Shown: piece after piece, positions 7,509-15,850 of the stretch | How positions within the stretch are numbered: the first letter of the stretch is position 1 | How the letters are laid out: every line of letters begins with the position of its first letter | DNA from: an uncultured Bacilli bacterium | GTDB taxonomy: Bacteria > Bacillota_I > Bacilli_A > RFN20 > CAG-826 | Reading direction: 5' to 3' | Assembly: GCA_944350425.1 (NCBI GenBank) | Contig: CALVOX010000005.1 | Location: forward strand, 26,100 to 90,099 | DNA length: 64,000 nucleotides | Position numbers and translations under genes: made by a program | The notes under the pieces: model-generated | What the model saw: the letters and a program-made list of their open reading frames with translations, nothing else | What the model was told of the DNA's origin: nothing | Databases searched by the model: none

Positions 7509-8840
7509 TTAATCAATTATTTTTAACCAATCATTAATTTCTTTATAATCATTAATCCAAATAGTAATTAAATCATAGGTAAAGAAATAATTAGTTACAT
7601 CTTTATATGTTTTGGCATCAAATCCTTCTTCTCTTTTCATGAATATAAAATTAAACTTTAAATGATTTGATGCTAACTCTAATAATCTTTTCATATTTGG
7701 ATCTGTTAATGATATTCCGATAAAAATAGATGTATTAAATATAAAATCATGTAGTTGTTTTGCAATATTCCATGAATAAGGATTGTTATATAAGTAATAA
7801 TATTCTGATTCATTAAAGATTAATGAATCAGTAAATTTAGATTCATTATATCGATCAAAAGGAAGTAATCCATGAACATGGAAGATTGATACTTTAGCTT
7901 CTTTATTTAAGAAAGAATTATCATCGTAAGTTGTGTTATATAATATTCCTCTTTTCTTTAAAATATATTCTAAATTAGTATCGTAGTTATATGTAATTAC
8001 CGTAGTTTTATCGTGTCTAGCAATATAATCAGTAATTATATATAAGGTTGTTTGTTTATTAGAAAAGAAATCAATATCTGGTTTAAATAGATATAATTCT
8101 TTATTTAATTCTTTATATGTATCAAATCCGTTAGTTTTTAATATTTTAGAAGATACAAAAAGCTCACCACCAATATAATGTTTAATTTCTTTAATTCGAT
8201 CTAAACTACCTTCATAAAACTTTTCGTTTAAGCTTACAGTTAACGATTTCCAATCTTTAGCACCATAATCAGCATTTATTCCACTGCCTAAAACTAAATC
8301 TACTTCTGTTCGATAAGTAAATAACTTTAATAAGAAATGAATAAAAGATTCTTCATTATCTTCGTTTTTGTCTAAATTTAATAAATATAAAATATCATCT
8401 TTAAATATATTACCTTTAGCTTCATCTTGTTTGAATTTAAGATTGTTTCTATCTTTTAAATAGTAATCAATCTTTTTTCCTTCCATAAATCCGATTGCCC
8501 TAAAGTTATATTCATCGAAATATACATTTAAAGATGATTGAGGAATATATGGATCTAGATAATCAACATTTTTAACTTTAAAGAAATTGACATTACCCAT
8601 AACGTCAATTTCTTCTAAATTTGCTTTCCATAAGGAATTAAAAATATGAATAACATATTTATGAATGTGTTCATGATTTGAAAATACAACTACTTTAAAG
8701 TTACATTTAGGATCAAAATGAAAACCAAATGATCTAGAAATAATCGATTTATAACTAACTCCATTTAAATAAAATAAATAAAGTAATATTAAGTAACATT
8801 TCTTTTGGAATATATAATCTTCTCTTTCTATTTTTTTCAT
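7509..8840 (-). CDS. SIR2-like (SIR2_2 / DHS-like NAD-binding) domain protein with unknown N-terminal domain of about 180 aa; putative NAD+ hydrolase
   Basis: Ordered motifs VLGSGINADYG (aa 183-193), VITYNYDTNLE (281-291), SIFHVHG (318-324) and FIGISLTDPNMKRLL (373-387). These match the SIR2_2 signature, including the putative catalytic Asn and His. AAGGAAG SD lies 11 nt upstream of the ATG. Confidence 0.7.
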   Translation of the reverse strand: MKKIEREDYIFQKKCYLILLYLFYLNGVSYKSIISRSFGFHFDPKCNFKVVVFSNHEHIHKYVIHIFNSLWKANLEEIDVMGNVNFFKVKNVDYLDPYIPQSSLNVYFDEYNFRAIGFMEGKKIDYYLKDRNNLKFKQDEAKGNIFKDDILYLLNLDKNEDNEESFIHFLLKLFTYRTEVDLVLGSGINADYGAKDWKSLTVSLNEKFYEGSLDRIKEIKHYIGGELFVSSKILKTNGFDTYKELNKELYLFKPDIDFFSNKQTTLYIITDYIARHDKTTVITYNYDTNLEYILKKRGILYNTTYDDNSFLNKEAKVSIFHVHGLLPFDRYNESKFTDSLIFNESEYYYLYNNPYSWNIAKQLHDFIFNTSIFIGISLTDPNMKRLLELASNHLKFNFIFMKREEGFDAKTYKDVTNYFFTYDLITIWINDYKEINDWLKIID

Positions 8841-8923
8841 AAATATTAATGCTTCCTTACCATTAAAAATTCTAACACGAAAGCATTAATTTAAGTAAAC
8901 ATTATTACAATTTTAATTCTGGT

Positions 8924-8952
8924 ATCTTAAAAAGAGCAAAACTTAAAGTCAA
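8924..8952 (-). promoter_or_regulatory. Putative sigma-70-type promoter of the SIR2-like operon
   Basis: On the minus strand: TTGACT (8947-8952), a 17-nt spacer, then TAAGAT (8924-8929). Lies about 80 nt upstream of the SIR2-like ATG. Confidence 0.4.
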
Positions 8953-9272
8953 AAAAATACTGATAGAACTATTGTAACTAAAAAATTATTAGCGGTTAAA
9001 AATGTAGGTACCAGTATTTTATTAGCTAATAAAGGGGTCGCTTAAGCAACTATTCTTAAAGCATTCGTAACACTAAATTAGCCTTAAAAATTAGCTTATA
9101 TTAACGAAAACAATTATATTAGGAGAAAATTAGTAATTTCAAAATTGAACCATAATCATCTATAAGTAATAGTTTTCACGTGGTAATTGAAAGCAATGGT
9201 AATTATCTGATATTCAAAAACAAAATCTAATTAAAATTAATGTCATTAATTTTATGTAAAATATATACCGAT

Positions 9273-9286
9273 TTTTCACGTGAAAA
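9273..9286. repeat. Perfect 14-bp palindrome TTTTCACGTGAAAA, one of three CACGTG-core sites in the 648-bp non-coding region
   Basis: Read directly. CACGTG occurs at 9177-9182, 9277-9282 and 9401-9406, all in 8841-9488. The first two are exactly 100 bp apart and share a TTTTCACGTG half. Confidence 0.6.
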
Positions 9287-9488
9287 CCCGTAAACACCAC
9301 TTTTTTCACTCTATTTAATATATATTAATATTTTGTTTAAAATTGTTAACGTTCGCTTTAAATTTATAAAGAAACAAACGCTCAATTTTAGTAATTTGCT
9401 CACGTGGAATAATATTTCTATCTCACTATCAAATGTTAAAAATATTTTTAAAGCAATTATCAACACTTTGTATTAAAATATACCTCGT

Positions 9489-10427
9489 ATGAAATACTTA
9501 TTATTTAAATATATCTACAAAAAGATATGGAAAGAAGCTGCAATAGGAGACGCTAAAGTACACGCTAAAGAGATACTTCCTTTAGATGTAATTAAAGAAT
9601 CTTCTTCATTTTATTCGACTTACTCAAAGAAAAAACTCGAATTTAATCTATATTATGATACTTCTAAAGAAATTAGACCATTAATAATCCATATCCATGG
9701 CGGCGGTTGGGCTTATGGAAATAAAGATATGGATGATAATTTTGCTTATCACTTAACTAAGTATAATTTTAATGTATCCACTTTATCTTATACCCTTGCT
9801 TTTAAAGCTAAATTAATCGATCAACTTCATGAAATCGATGATTATTTAAACTATCTTTATACTAATAAAGATGAATATTATTTAGATATGAATAATATAT
9901 TTATGGTTGGAGATAGTGCTGGTGGAGAACTTATTTTTTTATATAACGCTATTATAAATAATCCTGAGTTGTACGATATTTACCATCTTTCTAAAAAAGA
10001 ATATAACAAGAATATTAAAGCGATATGTTTAAATCATGCTACTTGTTATATAAAAGATTTAGGTAGAATCCCTAATGAAAAGAAGTTTACAGAAATTTGT
10101 ATGGATGGAATAAAAAGAACTCTTTTAGATAAAAACTATACTAAATCAAATTTATTTAATAACTGTGAACCTCAGGAAGTATTAAAAGAAGATTCTACTA
10201 TTTCTCCCATTCTTATTTTAACCTCTAAAGGCGATAAATCTTTTTCATATCAATCAAAATTACTAGATAACGATCTAACTAAACTTAATATTGAACATGA
10301 ATTTATTGATCTAGATAATGAAAAAGCAATCCATGTCTTTAATATACTTTATCCAGATCTAGATGATTCAATAGATTTTAATAATAAAATGACTTCATTT
10401 TTTACTAAATATATAACTAAAGATTAA
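9489..10427 (+). CDS. Alpha/beta-hydrolase fold-3 esterase/lipase
   Basis: HIHGGGW oxyanion-hole motif and GDSAGG nucleophile elbow, typical of the HSL-like esterase family. Confidence 0.75.
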   Translation: MKYLLFKYIYKKIWKEAAIGDAKVHAKEILPLDVIKESSSFYSTYSKKKLEFNLYYDTSKEIRPLIIHIHGGGWAYGNKDMDDNFAYHLTKYNFNVSTLSYTLAFKAKLIDQLHEIDDYLNYLYTNKDEYYLDMNNIFMVGDSAGGELIFLYNAIINNPELYDIYHLSKKEYNKNIKAICLNHATCYIKDLGRIPNEKKFTEICMDGIKRTLLDKNYTKSNLFNNCEPQEVLKEDSTISPILILTSKGDKSFSYQSKLLDNDLTKLNIEHEFIDLDNEKAIHVFNILYPDLDDSIDFNNKMTSFFTKYITKD

Positions 10428-10932
10428 ATATATAGGAAATCACATCATATCCATAATAATAATCACCTAAATAATTATTATTTATAACATATAAAGAAGG
10501 TACTACTTTAATTATGGTATCTTCTATTTTATTAATAGAATTACTTAACATATATTCTTTAGCTTCTTCTTCGTCTTTAAAGGCAGGCCCATTATTAAAA
10601 GAAGGATAATCATTACGTAAATTAACCGTATTATATAGATATAATTTAGTATCTACTTCACTTTTAGAATATAAATCTAAATATCCTAATATAGAATTTT
10701 TAACTCCGATACATGTTGAACAATCAATACGATATAAATAAACATAATATGTATCTTCTTCTTGGACATACATATTTTTAATATTATCTAATTCATATTC
10801 TTTAAAAGTAACATAATCTACATTTTCGTCTAAATCAAAATGAGGTAAATTTGGTTTGCTCGAACAAGAAGATGTAGTGCTTATTAATAAAATTAATAAA
10901 ATAGATGTAAATAATTTAAATAATTTAATCAT
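10417..10932 (-). CDS. Lipoprotein, possibly thioredoxin-like (CxxC)
   Basis: Signal peptide with lipobox (ISTTSSC/S) and a CSTC motif (YRIDCSTCIGV). Converges on and overlaps the esterase 3' end by 11 nt. Confidence 0.5.
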   Translation of the reverse strand: MIKLFKLFTSILLILLISTTSSCSSKPNLPHFDLDENVDYVTFKEYELDNIKNMYVQEEDTYYVYLYRIDCSTCIGVKNSILGYLDLYSKSEVDTKLYLYNTVNLRNDYPSFNNGPAFKDEEEAKEYMLSNSINKIEDTIIKVVPSLYVINNNYLGDYYYGYDVISYIFNL

Positions 10933-10977
10933 AGTTTCTAGAAGTAACCTAAAATATTTTCTATAATTATACTTAAT

Positions 10978-12681
10978 ATGGAAAAGAAAGAAACATCAAA
11001 TCAAGAGTTAGAATATAATATTAAAAAATCTACTAGTGTAATTATTCCTTATTTAATTGTAATTTCTCTTATATCAATTATTCTTGCTATTAGTAGCTAT
11101 GTTTTTAGTCTAACTTATGATTTAACTAACCTAATTATACTAATATCATCATCTATCGTTTTATTTATAATACTAATATTTTTTATTTTATACTTATTAA
11201 TACCATCATATTTAATTAAATACGATATATCTAAAGAGATAGATTTTAATGAACGATATATTGTAGTTTATAAATCTTTTAGAAGAATAAAGATATATTT
11301 TAAAGATATATTTAGTGTTTATTCTTCATCTTGTACTTATCAAGTTCTTGGTAACTCAAAAGTATTAATCTATTTAAATAATGGAAAGATAATTACTATT
11401 AGATATATAAAATATGCTAAAGAACTATATAACTTAATTAATAACAATATTTTAAATAAAAATTACTTAATTGATAAAGAACCAAAAGTAATTAAATCTA
11501 TTAAAAGGTTTATCGAAATTTTCATTAATCTTGCTTTAAGATTAATGAAAATATATAAATCTACACCATTTAAAACATATGAAGAATTAGTAAATATATA
11601 TAAAATGAATAAGATAAATAAAGTTTTTATCGTTATCTCAAATACGGTCTATAAACTTAATTATCATCAAAAACTTATCTCTATTTTAGAATCTAATAAT
11701 ATTTCTTATTTTATTTATAATATATCAGTAAGTAATCCTAATATTGAAGAGGTTAATGAAGCTTATGAAGTGTATTTAAAATCAAAGATGAATTCTCTAC
11801 TTGCAATAGGTGGAGGATCAATAATTGATTTAACTAAAGCTTTAGGTATATTAATTAATCAAAAAAATAAAGATTTAATTAGATGTGTCGGTAAATTTAA
11901 AGTTAAAAAGAAATTACCATTTCTAGTTGCAATTCCAACTATTTTAGGTAGCGGAAGCGAAACAACTTCTACTAGTGTTGTTTCTTTTGATGATGGAAAA
12001 TATCCAATCACTTCTTTTAAACTAGTACCATCTTATACTTATTTTGGGGAAGATTTTATATCGAATACTAGTTTAAAAACCTTAGAAGTTCATATTTTGG
12101 ATGCATTTACTCATGCAATAGAGGCTTATTTAAATGTTTATTCTATTAAAAGATTTGACGAGTATGCTTTAAAAGCTATGAAGTTAATCGCTACTTCTTT
12201 TAATAAACTATTAATTAATAACATTAATTTAAACGATGAAAATAACTTATCGATGATAAGAGAATGTTTCATTGAAGCTTCATATCTAGCTGGTATAGCA
12301 TTTTCTTATAAAGGGGTAGGAGCAATTCATGCTTTATCTCACCCATTATCTTTTAAATATGGTTTAGGCCACGCTAAAACTAACGCTACTTTAACTCCTT
12401 ATGTCTTAAAAACATATAAATATAACAAAAGAGCTTATAAGAAAATGTCTTATTTAGCTAAATATTTAGACTTAGGTTCTACCCCAGATGATTTAATATT
12501 ATTTTTAGAAAATATAAATAAATACTTAGATATTCCTAATTTTATTAAAGAAATTAAGCCGGATGATATAAAATATATGGCAATACATGCTAAAAGTGAA
12601 ACAGGAATATTTTATGGTACGCCGATATATTATTCCTTAGATGAATTTATAATGATGTATATTAATATTAAATCGAAATAG
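10978..12681 (+). CDS. Iron-containing alcohol dehydrogenase fused to an N-terminal 2-TM / PH-like membrane module
   Basis: From about aa 190: GGGSIIDLTKA, FTHAIEAY and IHALSHPLSFKYGLGHAKTNA, which are Fe-ADH nucleotide and metal motifs. The first 170 aa or so have two TM helices followed by a beta-rich segment resembling bacterial PH (YdbT-like) domains. Confidence 0.7.
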   Translation: MEKKETSNQELEYNIKKSTSVIIPYLIVISLISIILAISSYVFSLTYDLTNLIILISSSIVLFIILIFFILYLLIPSYLIKYDISKEIDFNERYIVVYKSFRRIKIYFKDIFSVYSSSCTYQVLGNSKVLIYLNNGKIITIRYIKYAKELYNLINNNILNKNYLIDKEPKVIKSIKRFIEIFINLALRLMKIYKSTPFKTYEELVNIYKMNKINKVFIVISNTVYKLNYHQKLISILESNNISYFIYNISVSNPNIEEVNEAYEVYLKSKMNSLLAIGGGSIIDLTKALGILINQKNKDLIRCVGKFKVKKKLPFLVAIPTILGSGSETTSTSVVSFDDGKYPITSFKLVPSYTYFGEDFISNTSLKTLEVHILDAFTHAIEAYLNVYSIKRFDEYALKAMKLIATSFNKLLINNINLNDENNLSMIRECFIEASYLAGIAFSYKGVGAIHALSHPLSFKYGLGHAKTNATLTPYVLKTYKYNKRAYKKMSYLAKYLDLGSTPDDLILFLENINKYLDIPNFIKEIKPDDIKYMAIHAKSETGIFYGTPIYYSLDEFIMMYINIKSK

Positions 12682-12692
12682 GAGGTAGAAAA

Positions 12693-13721
12693 ATGGAACA
12701 ACACGAACTAAAAGAAGGTAGATTATTAAGTTACGAAGGAAACTTAAATGAGGTTGGCTATGCTTACTCTTTAATAAAAAAATATCGTCGTAAAGATATT
12801 GTTTTTAAGAAACACAAAATTAAAGAGTGGGATTATTATGCAATAATGAATGAAAATTATGCCATAGCATTTACTATTTCTGATATGACTTTATTTGGTT
12901 TAATTTCTATTTCCGTTATTGATTTAATAAAGAAAAGATTTAAAACTGTATCTAAAGTAAAAATGTTTACACGTGGTAAATTAAATTTACCACAATCTTC
13001 CGAAAATGGTGACGTATGTTTTGATTCTAAAAACTTTAAATTAAAGTTTTTAAATGACAGAAATAAAAGAGAAATCAAGGGTTATGTAACTAACTTCTAT
13101 AATGATAAAGACTTAGATTTTGATATTATCCTTTCAGAAACCTCGATGAATTCAATGGTTATTGTCACTCCTTTTTTCAAAAAAGGTCAATTCTACTATA
13201 ATCAAAAGATTAATAATTTAATTGCAAATGGCTATTTTAAAATTGGTAATAAGCTCCACTCAATCAAAGATAATATGGGCGTTTTAGATCGGGGAAGAGG
13301 CGTTTGGCCTCATAAAGTAACATGGTATTGGGCAACTTGCTCACATAAAAATGAAATGGGAAACTATATTGGTTTTAATCTTGGTTATGGTTTTGGCGAT
13401 ACATCAAAAGCAAGTGAAAATATGCTCTTTGTAAACGAAAACGCTTATAAATTAAACGATGTAAAATTCTATTTTAAACAAGGTAAGAGAAAAAAAGATA
13501 TCGATTATACCGGTGATATTAAAATGTATAGTGAGTCTAAAGATATTAATTTAGTCTTTACTCCTATAGTTGATCGAAACGAAAATACAATTACCCCTAT
13601 CGCTTCTACTTATCAACACCAAATCTTTGGTAAATATAACGGAACGTTTAAAGTTGGTGATAAAACATACTTTATTCGTGATGCCTATGGATTTATTGAA
13701 AAAATTAAAAACAAGTGGTAA
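12693..13721 (+). CDS. DUF2804-like protein, unknown function
   Basis: Strong SD (AGGAGG). Soluble 342-aa protein with WDYYAI and GVWPHKVTWYWA motifs that I associate with DUF2804. Assignment is from memory only. Confidence 0.45.
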   Translation: MEQHELKEGRLLSYEGNLNEVGYAYSLIKKYRRKDIVFKKHKIKEWDYYAIMNENYAIAFTISDMTLFGLISISVIDLIKKRFKTVSKVKMFTRGKLNLPQSSENGDVCFDSKNFKLKFLNDRNKREIKGYVTNFYNDKDLDFDIILSETSMNSMVIVTPFFKKGQFYYNQKINNLIANGYFKIGNKLHSIKDNMGVLDRGRGVWPHKVTWYWATCSHKNEMGNYIGFNLGYGFGDTSKASENMLFVNENAYKLNDVKFYFKQGKRKKDIDYTGDIKMYSESKDINLVFTPIVDRNENTITPIASTYQHQIFGKYNGTFKVGDKTYFIRDAYGFIEKIKNKW

Positions 13722-13738
13722 CCACCACTTGTTTTTTT
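13709..13738. terminator. Bidirectional rho-independent terminator
   Basis: AACAAGTGG-TAA-CCACTTGTT hairpin flanked by an A-run and a T-run. Sits between convergent genes 12693-13721(+) and 13754-14449(-). Confidence 0.7.
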
Positions 13739-13753
13739 AAGCGATTATTTATT

Positions 13754-14449
13754 TTAGAAATCTCTTTTCTTATAAAAGTGATTAGTTATAACTAATACTA
13801 TTATTGAAAGAAGAATACCAAAGACAAACAAATCAATTAAGCCAAATACCCATAAATAATTGAATAAAGATTCAACAAAAAAAGGAATAAGAGCAAAAAC
13901 TAATGGAAGAGCTGTTGTTAAAAAGCTTAAGAAAATGCTTAAAACTATCGCTTTATTTGAACCCCATAATGAACAAATCATAATTGTCAAAGCTTGTGAA
14001 AATAAAGCACAACCTAAAGAAACGCCAACATAGAAAATAACACTTGATAAAGTAAATGGAATAGAACCAAGAACAAAGGATGCTATAAGGAAAACGCCAA
14101 TAAATATAACATCAAGAATTAAAGAAAGTGCAACTTTTGAAGAAATAATAGTTGATTTTCTAACCCCGACTGAAATTATAAATGGCGTCCAATTAGATTT
14201 TTCATCTAATTGATAAGAACTATTTAAAACCGTATTTGGATAAAAAGCTGCAATAAATAATCCAGGGGCAGCAGAACCAAAAGCTATTAGCCCTTCTTCA
14301 ATAGGCGTTATAGGATCGGGATTGGTAGTTACATCTCCACCAGCTATTGAAGAAGGAATTGTAAGACAAAAAATTAAAATAACATAAATAAGAATTATAA
14401 AAAATGATGTTTTTAAATTCATGAATTCTTTGATTAATAAACCTTTCAT
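13754..14449 (-). CDS. ABC-2 type transporter permease
   Basis: 231 aa with about 6 TM helices. Its start overlaps the stop of the upstream ABC ATPase by 4 nt. Confidence 0.65.
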   Translation of the reverse strand: MKGLLIKEFMNLKTSFFIILIYVILIFCLTIPSSIAGGDVTTNPDPITPIEEGLIAFGSAAPGLFIAAFYPNTVLNSSYQLDEKSNWTPFIISVGVRKSTIISSKVALSLILDVIFIGVFLIASFVLGSIPFTLSSVIFYVGVSLGCALFSQALTIMICSLWGSNKAIVLSIFLSFLTTALPLVFALIPFFVESLFNYLWVFGLIDLFVFGILLSIIVLVITNHFYKKRDF

Positions 14450-15294
14450 AAATTATTACCTCTAATAAATAAGATCATAAACTTAGTTAAATCAAAAGCT
14501 ATTTTTCCTTCAATATCGTCTGGTAAACTATCTTTTTTTGTAATTATTGATATAGTTCCATCTATATTTTCTTTATATTTAATAACTTTATTTTTATCTA
14601 AAATATCGAAAACTTCTTTTTTCACATCATATAAATCGTAAGAATTAATTAACGCATCTTTCTTCTCGTTTATAATAATATTACCTTGATGAATAAAAAT
14701 AATTCTTGAAGAAATTCTCTCTAAGTCTTCAACTAAATGTGATGAAATTAAAATAGTTCCACCATTATTTGCAATTTGTATTAATTTATCTAATATCTCA
14801 TCTCTAGCAACAGGATCTAAACCATTAGTAGGTTCATCTAAGATAAATATTTTAGCTTTGTGGGATAAAGAAATAGCAATATTAAGTTTAACTTTCATAC
14901 CTTTTGAAAGTTCTTTACATTTCTTATCCTGGTCTAAACCATATTCCTTTAATAAAGAATAATAAGTATCCTTCTCCCAATTAGTAAAAATATTTCTTAA
15001 GATAAGTTCTATATTTTTAAGTTTTAAATTTTCTGGGAAATTAAGTTCATCTAAAATAAAAGATATATCTTCTCTTTCAAGTTTAGATAACTTATCAACA
15101 AATTGATTTTTAATTTTAACTTCACCTTCATCAAAAGAGCTAATTCCAGCTAAAATCTTTAAAGTTGTTGATTTACCGGCTCCATTTTCTCCAATAAAGC
15201 CACAAATCTCACCCTCTTCAATATTAAAAGAAACATTGTTTAGAGTGAATTTTTTGTATTTTTTTGTAACATTTTTAATCTCAATTACACTCAT
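14446..15294 (-). CDS. ABC transporter ATP-binding protein (ABC-2 subfamily)
   Basis: Walker A GENGAGKST, signature LSKGMKVKL, Walker B IFILDEPTNGLD. Confidence 0.9.
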   Translation of the reverse strand: MSVIEIKNVTKKYKKFTLNNVSFNIEEGEICGFIGENGAGKSTTLKILAGISSFDEGEVKIKNQFVDKLSKLEREDISFILDELNFPENLKLKNIELILRNIFTNWEKDTYYSLLKEYGLDQDKKCKELSKGMKVKLNIAISLSHKAKIFILDEPTNGLDPVARDEILDKLIQIANNGGTILISSHLVEDLERISSRIIFIHQGNIIINEKKDALINSYDLYDVKKEVFDILDKNKVIKYKENIDGTISIITKKDSLPDDIEGKIAFDLTKFMILFIRGNNL

Positions 15295-15296
15295 AA

Positions 15297-15848
15297 TTAC
15301 TCCATATAATTAGAACTATCTAAATAAGTGAGCCCTTCCAGTTTAATTTGTTCTAATATTTTTCTATTTTTTTCTTCATCTCCTACTTCTAAACGATGAT
15401 TAGCATCGTCAATTATAGATAAGTTTACAAACATATATTTTAGAAAATATCTTCCTTCTTTACTTAAATATTTATCCTTAGTTCCATAGACTATATAATC
15501 TGTTTGTCTAAGAAAACCAAGCGAAATATCTAGTGGAGTTAAACAAATAAACTTTGCACGTGGGAGGTTTAATTCTTGAATTAATCGTCCACTTATGTAA
15601 GTACCTATTGATTTACCGATAAATATTATTTCGTTATATTTAGATAAATCTACTTCTTTAATTTTATTAATTGAATACTTAAAAGCCTCCTCTTTATCAA
15701 AAAAATCCTTATCTATATCATATAAATAAGAATAATTTAAATATAAAGTATCACCTTTTATAGCTTCATCAAACATCTTTAAAAGAGGTTTAGATAAATC
15801 ATATCTAATTCCTGGTGCAATAATCTTAATTGTCTTTAATATATTCAT
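15297..15848 (-). CDS. Small alpha/beta hydrolase-like protein
   Basis: GKSIG nucleophile elbow, with downstream Asp (GTKDKY) and His (DDANHRL) candidates. Has 2-nt gaps to both neighbouring genes. Confidence 0.5.
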   Translation of the reverse strand: MNILKTIKIIAPGIRYDLSKPLLKMFDEAIKGDTLYLNYSYLYDIDKDFFDKEEAFKYSINKIKEVDLSKYNEIIFIGKSIGTYISGRLIQELNLPRAKFICLTPLDISLGFLRQTDYIVYGTKDKYLSKEGRYFLKYMFVNLSIIDDANHRLEVGDEEKNRKILEQIKLEGLTYLDSSNYME

Positions 15849-15850
15849 AA

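Noticed and set aside
7509-8840. Possibility that the SIR2-like gene is Thoeris ThsA, DSR1/2 or SIR2-HerA.
   Set aside because: There is no TIR (ThsB), HerA or pAgo gene anywhere in the window. The SIR2 module is C-terminal, whereas in ThsA it is N-terminal with a SLOG domain. At 443 aa the protein is far too small for DSR1/2.
9001-9120. Repeated ATTAGC words (TTATTAGCGG, TTATTAGCTAATAA, AAATTAGCC, AAATTAGCTTAT) and a GCTTAAGC palindrome, considered as a possible riboswitch or sRNA.
   Set aside because: I could not build a consistent secondary structure or match any riboswitch consensus. The short AT-rich repeats are plausibly chance. The region is left as part of the unexplained 648-bp stretch.
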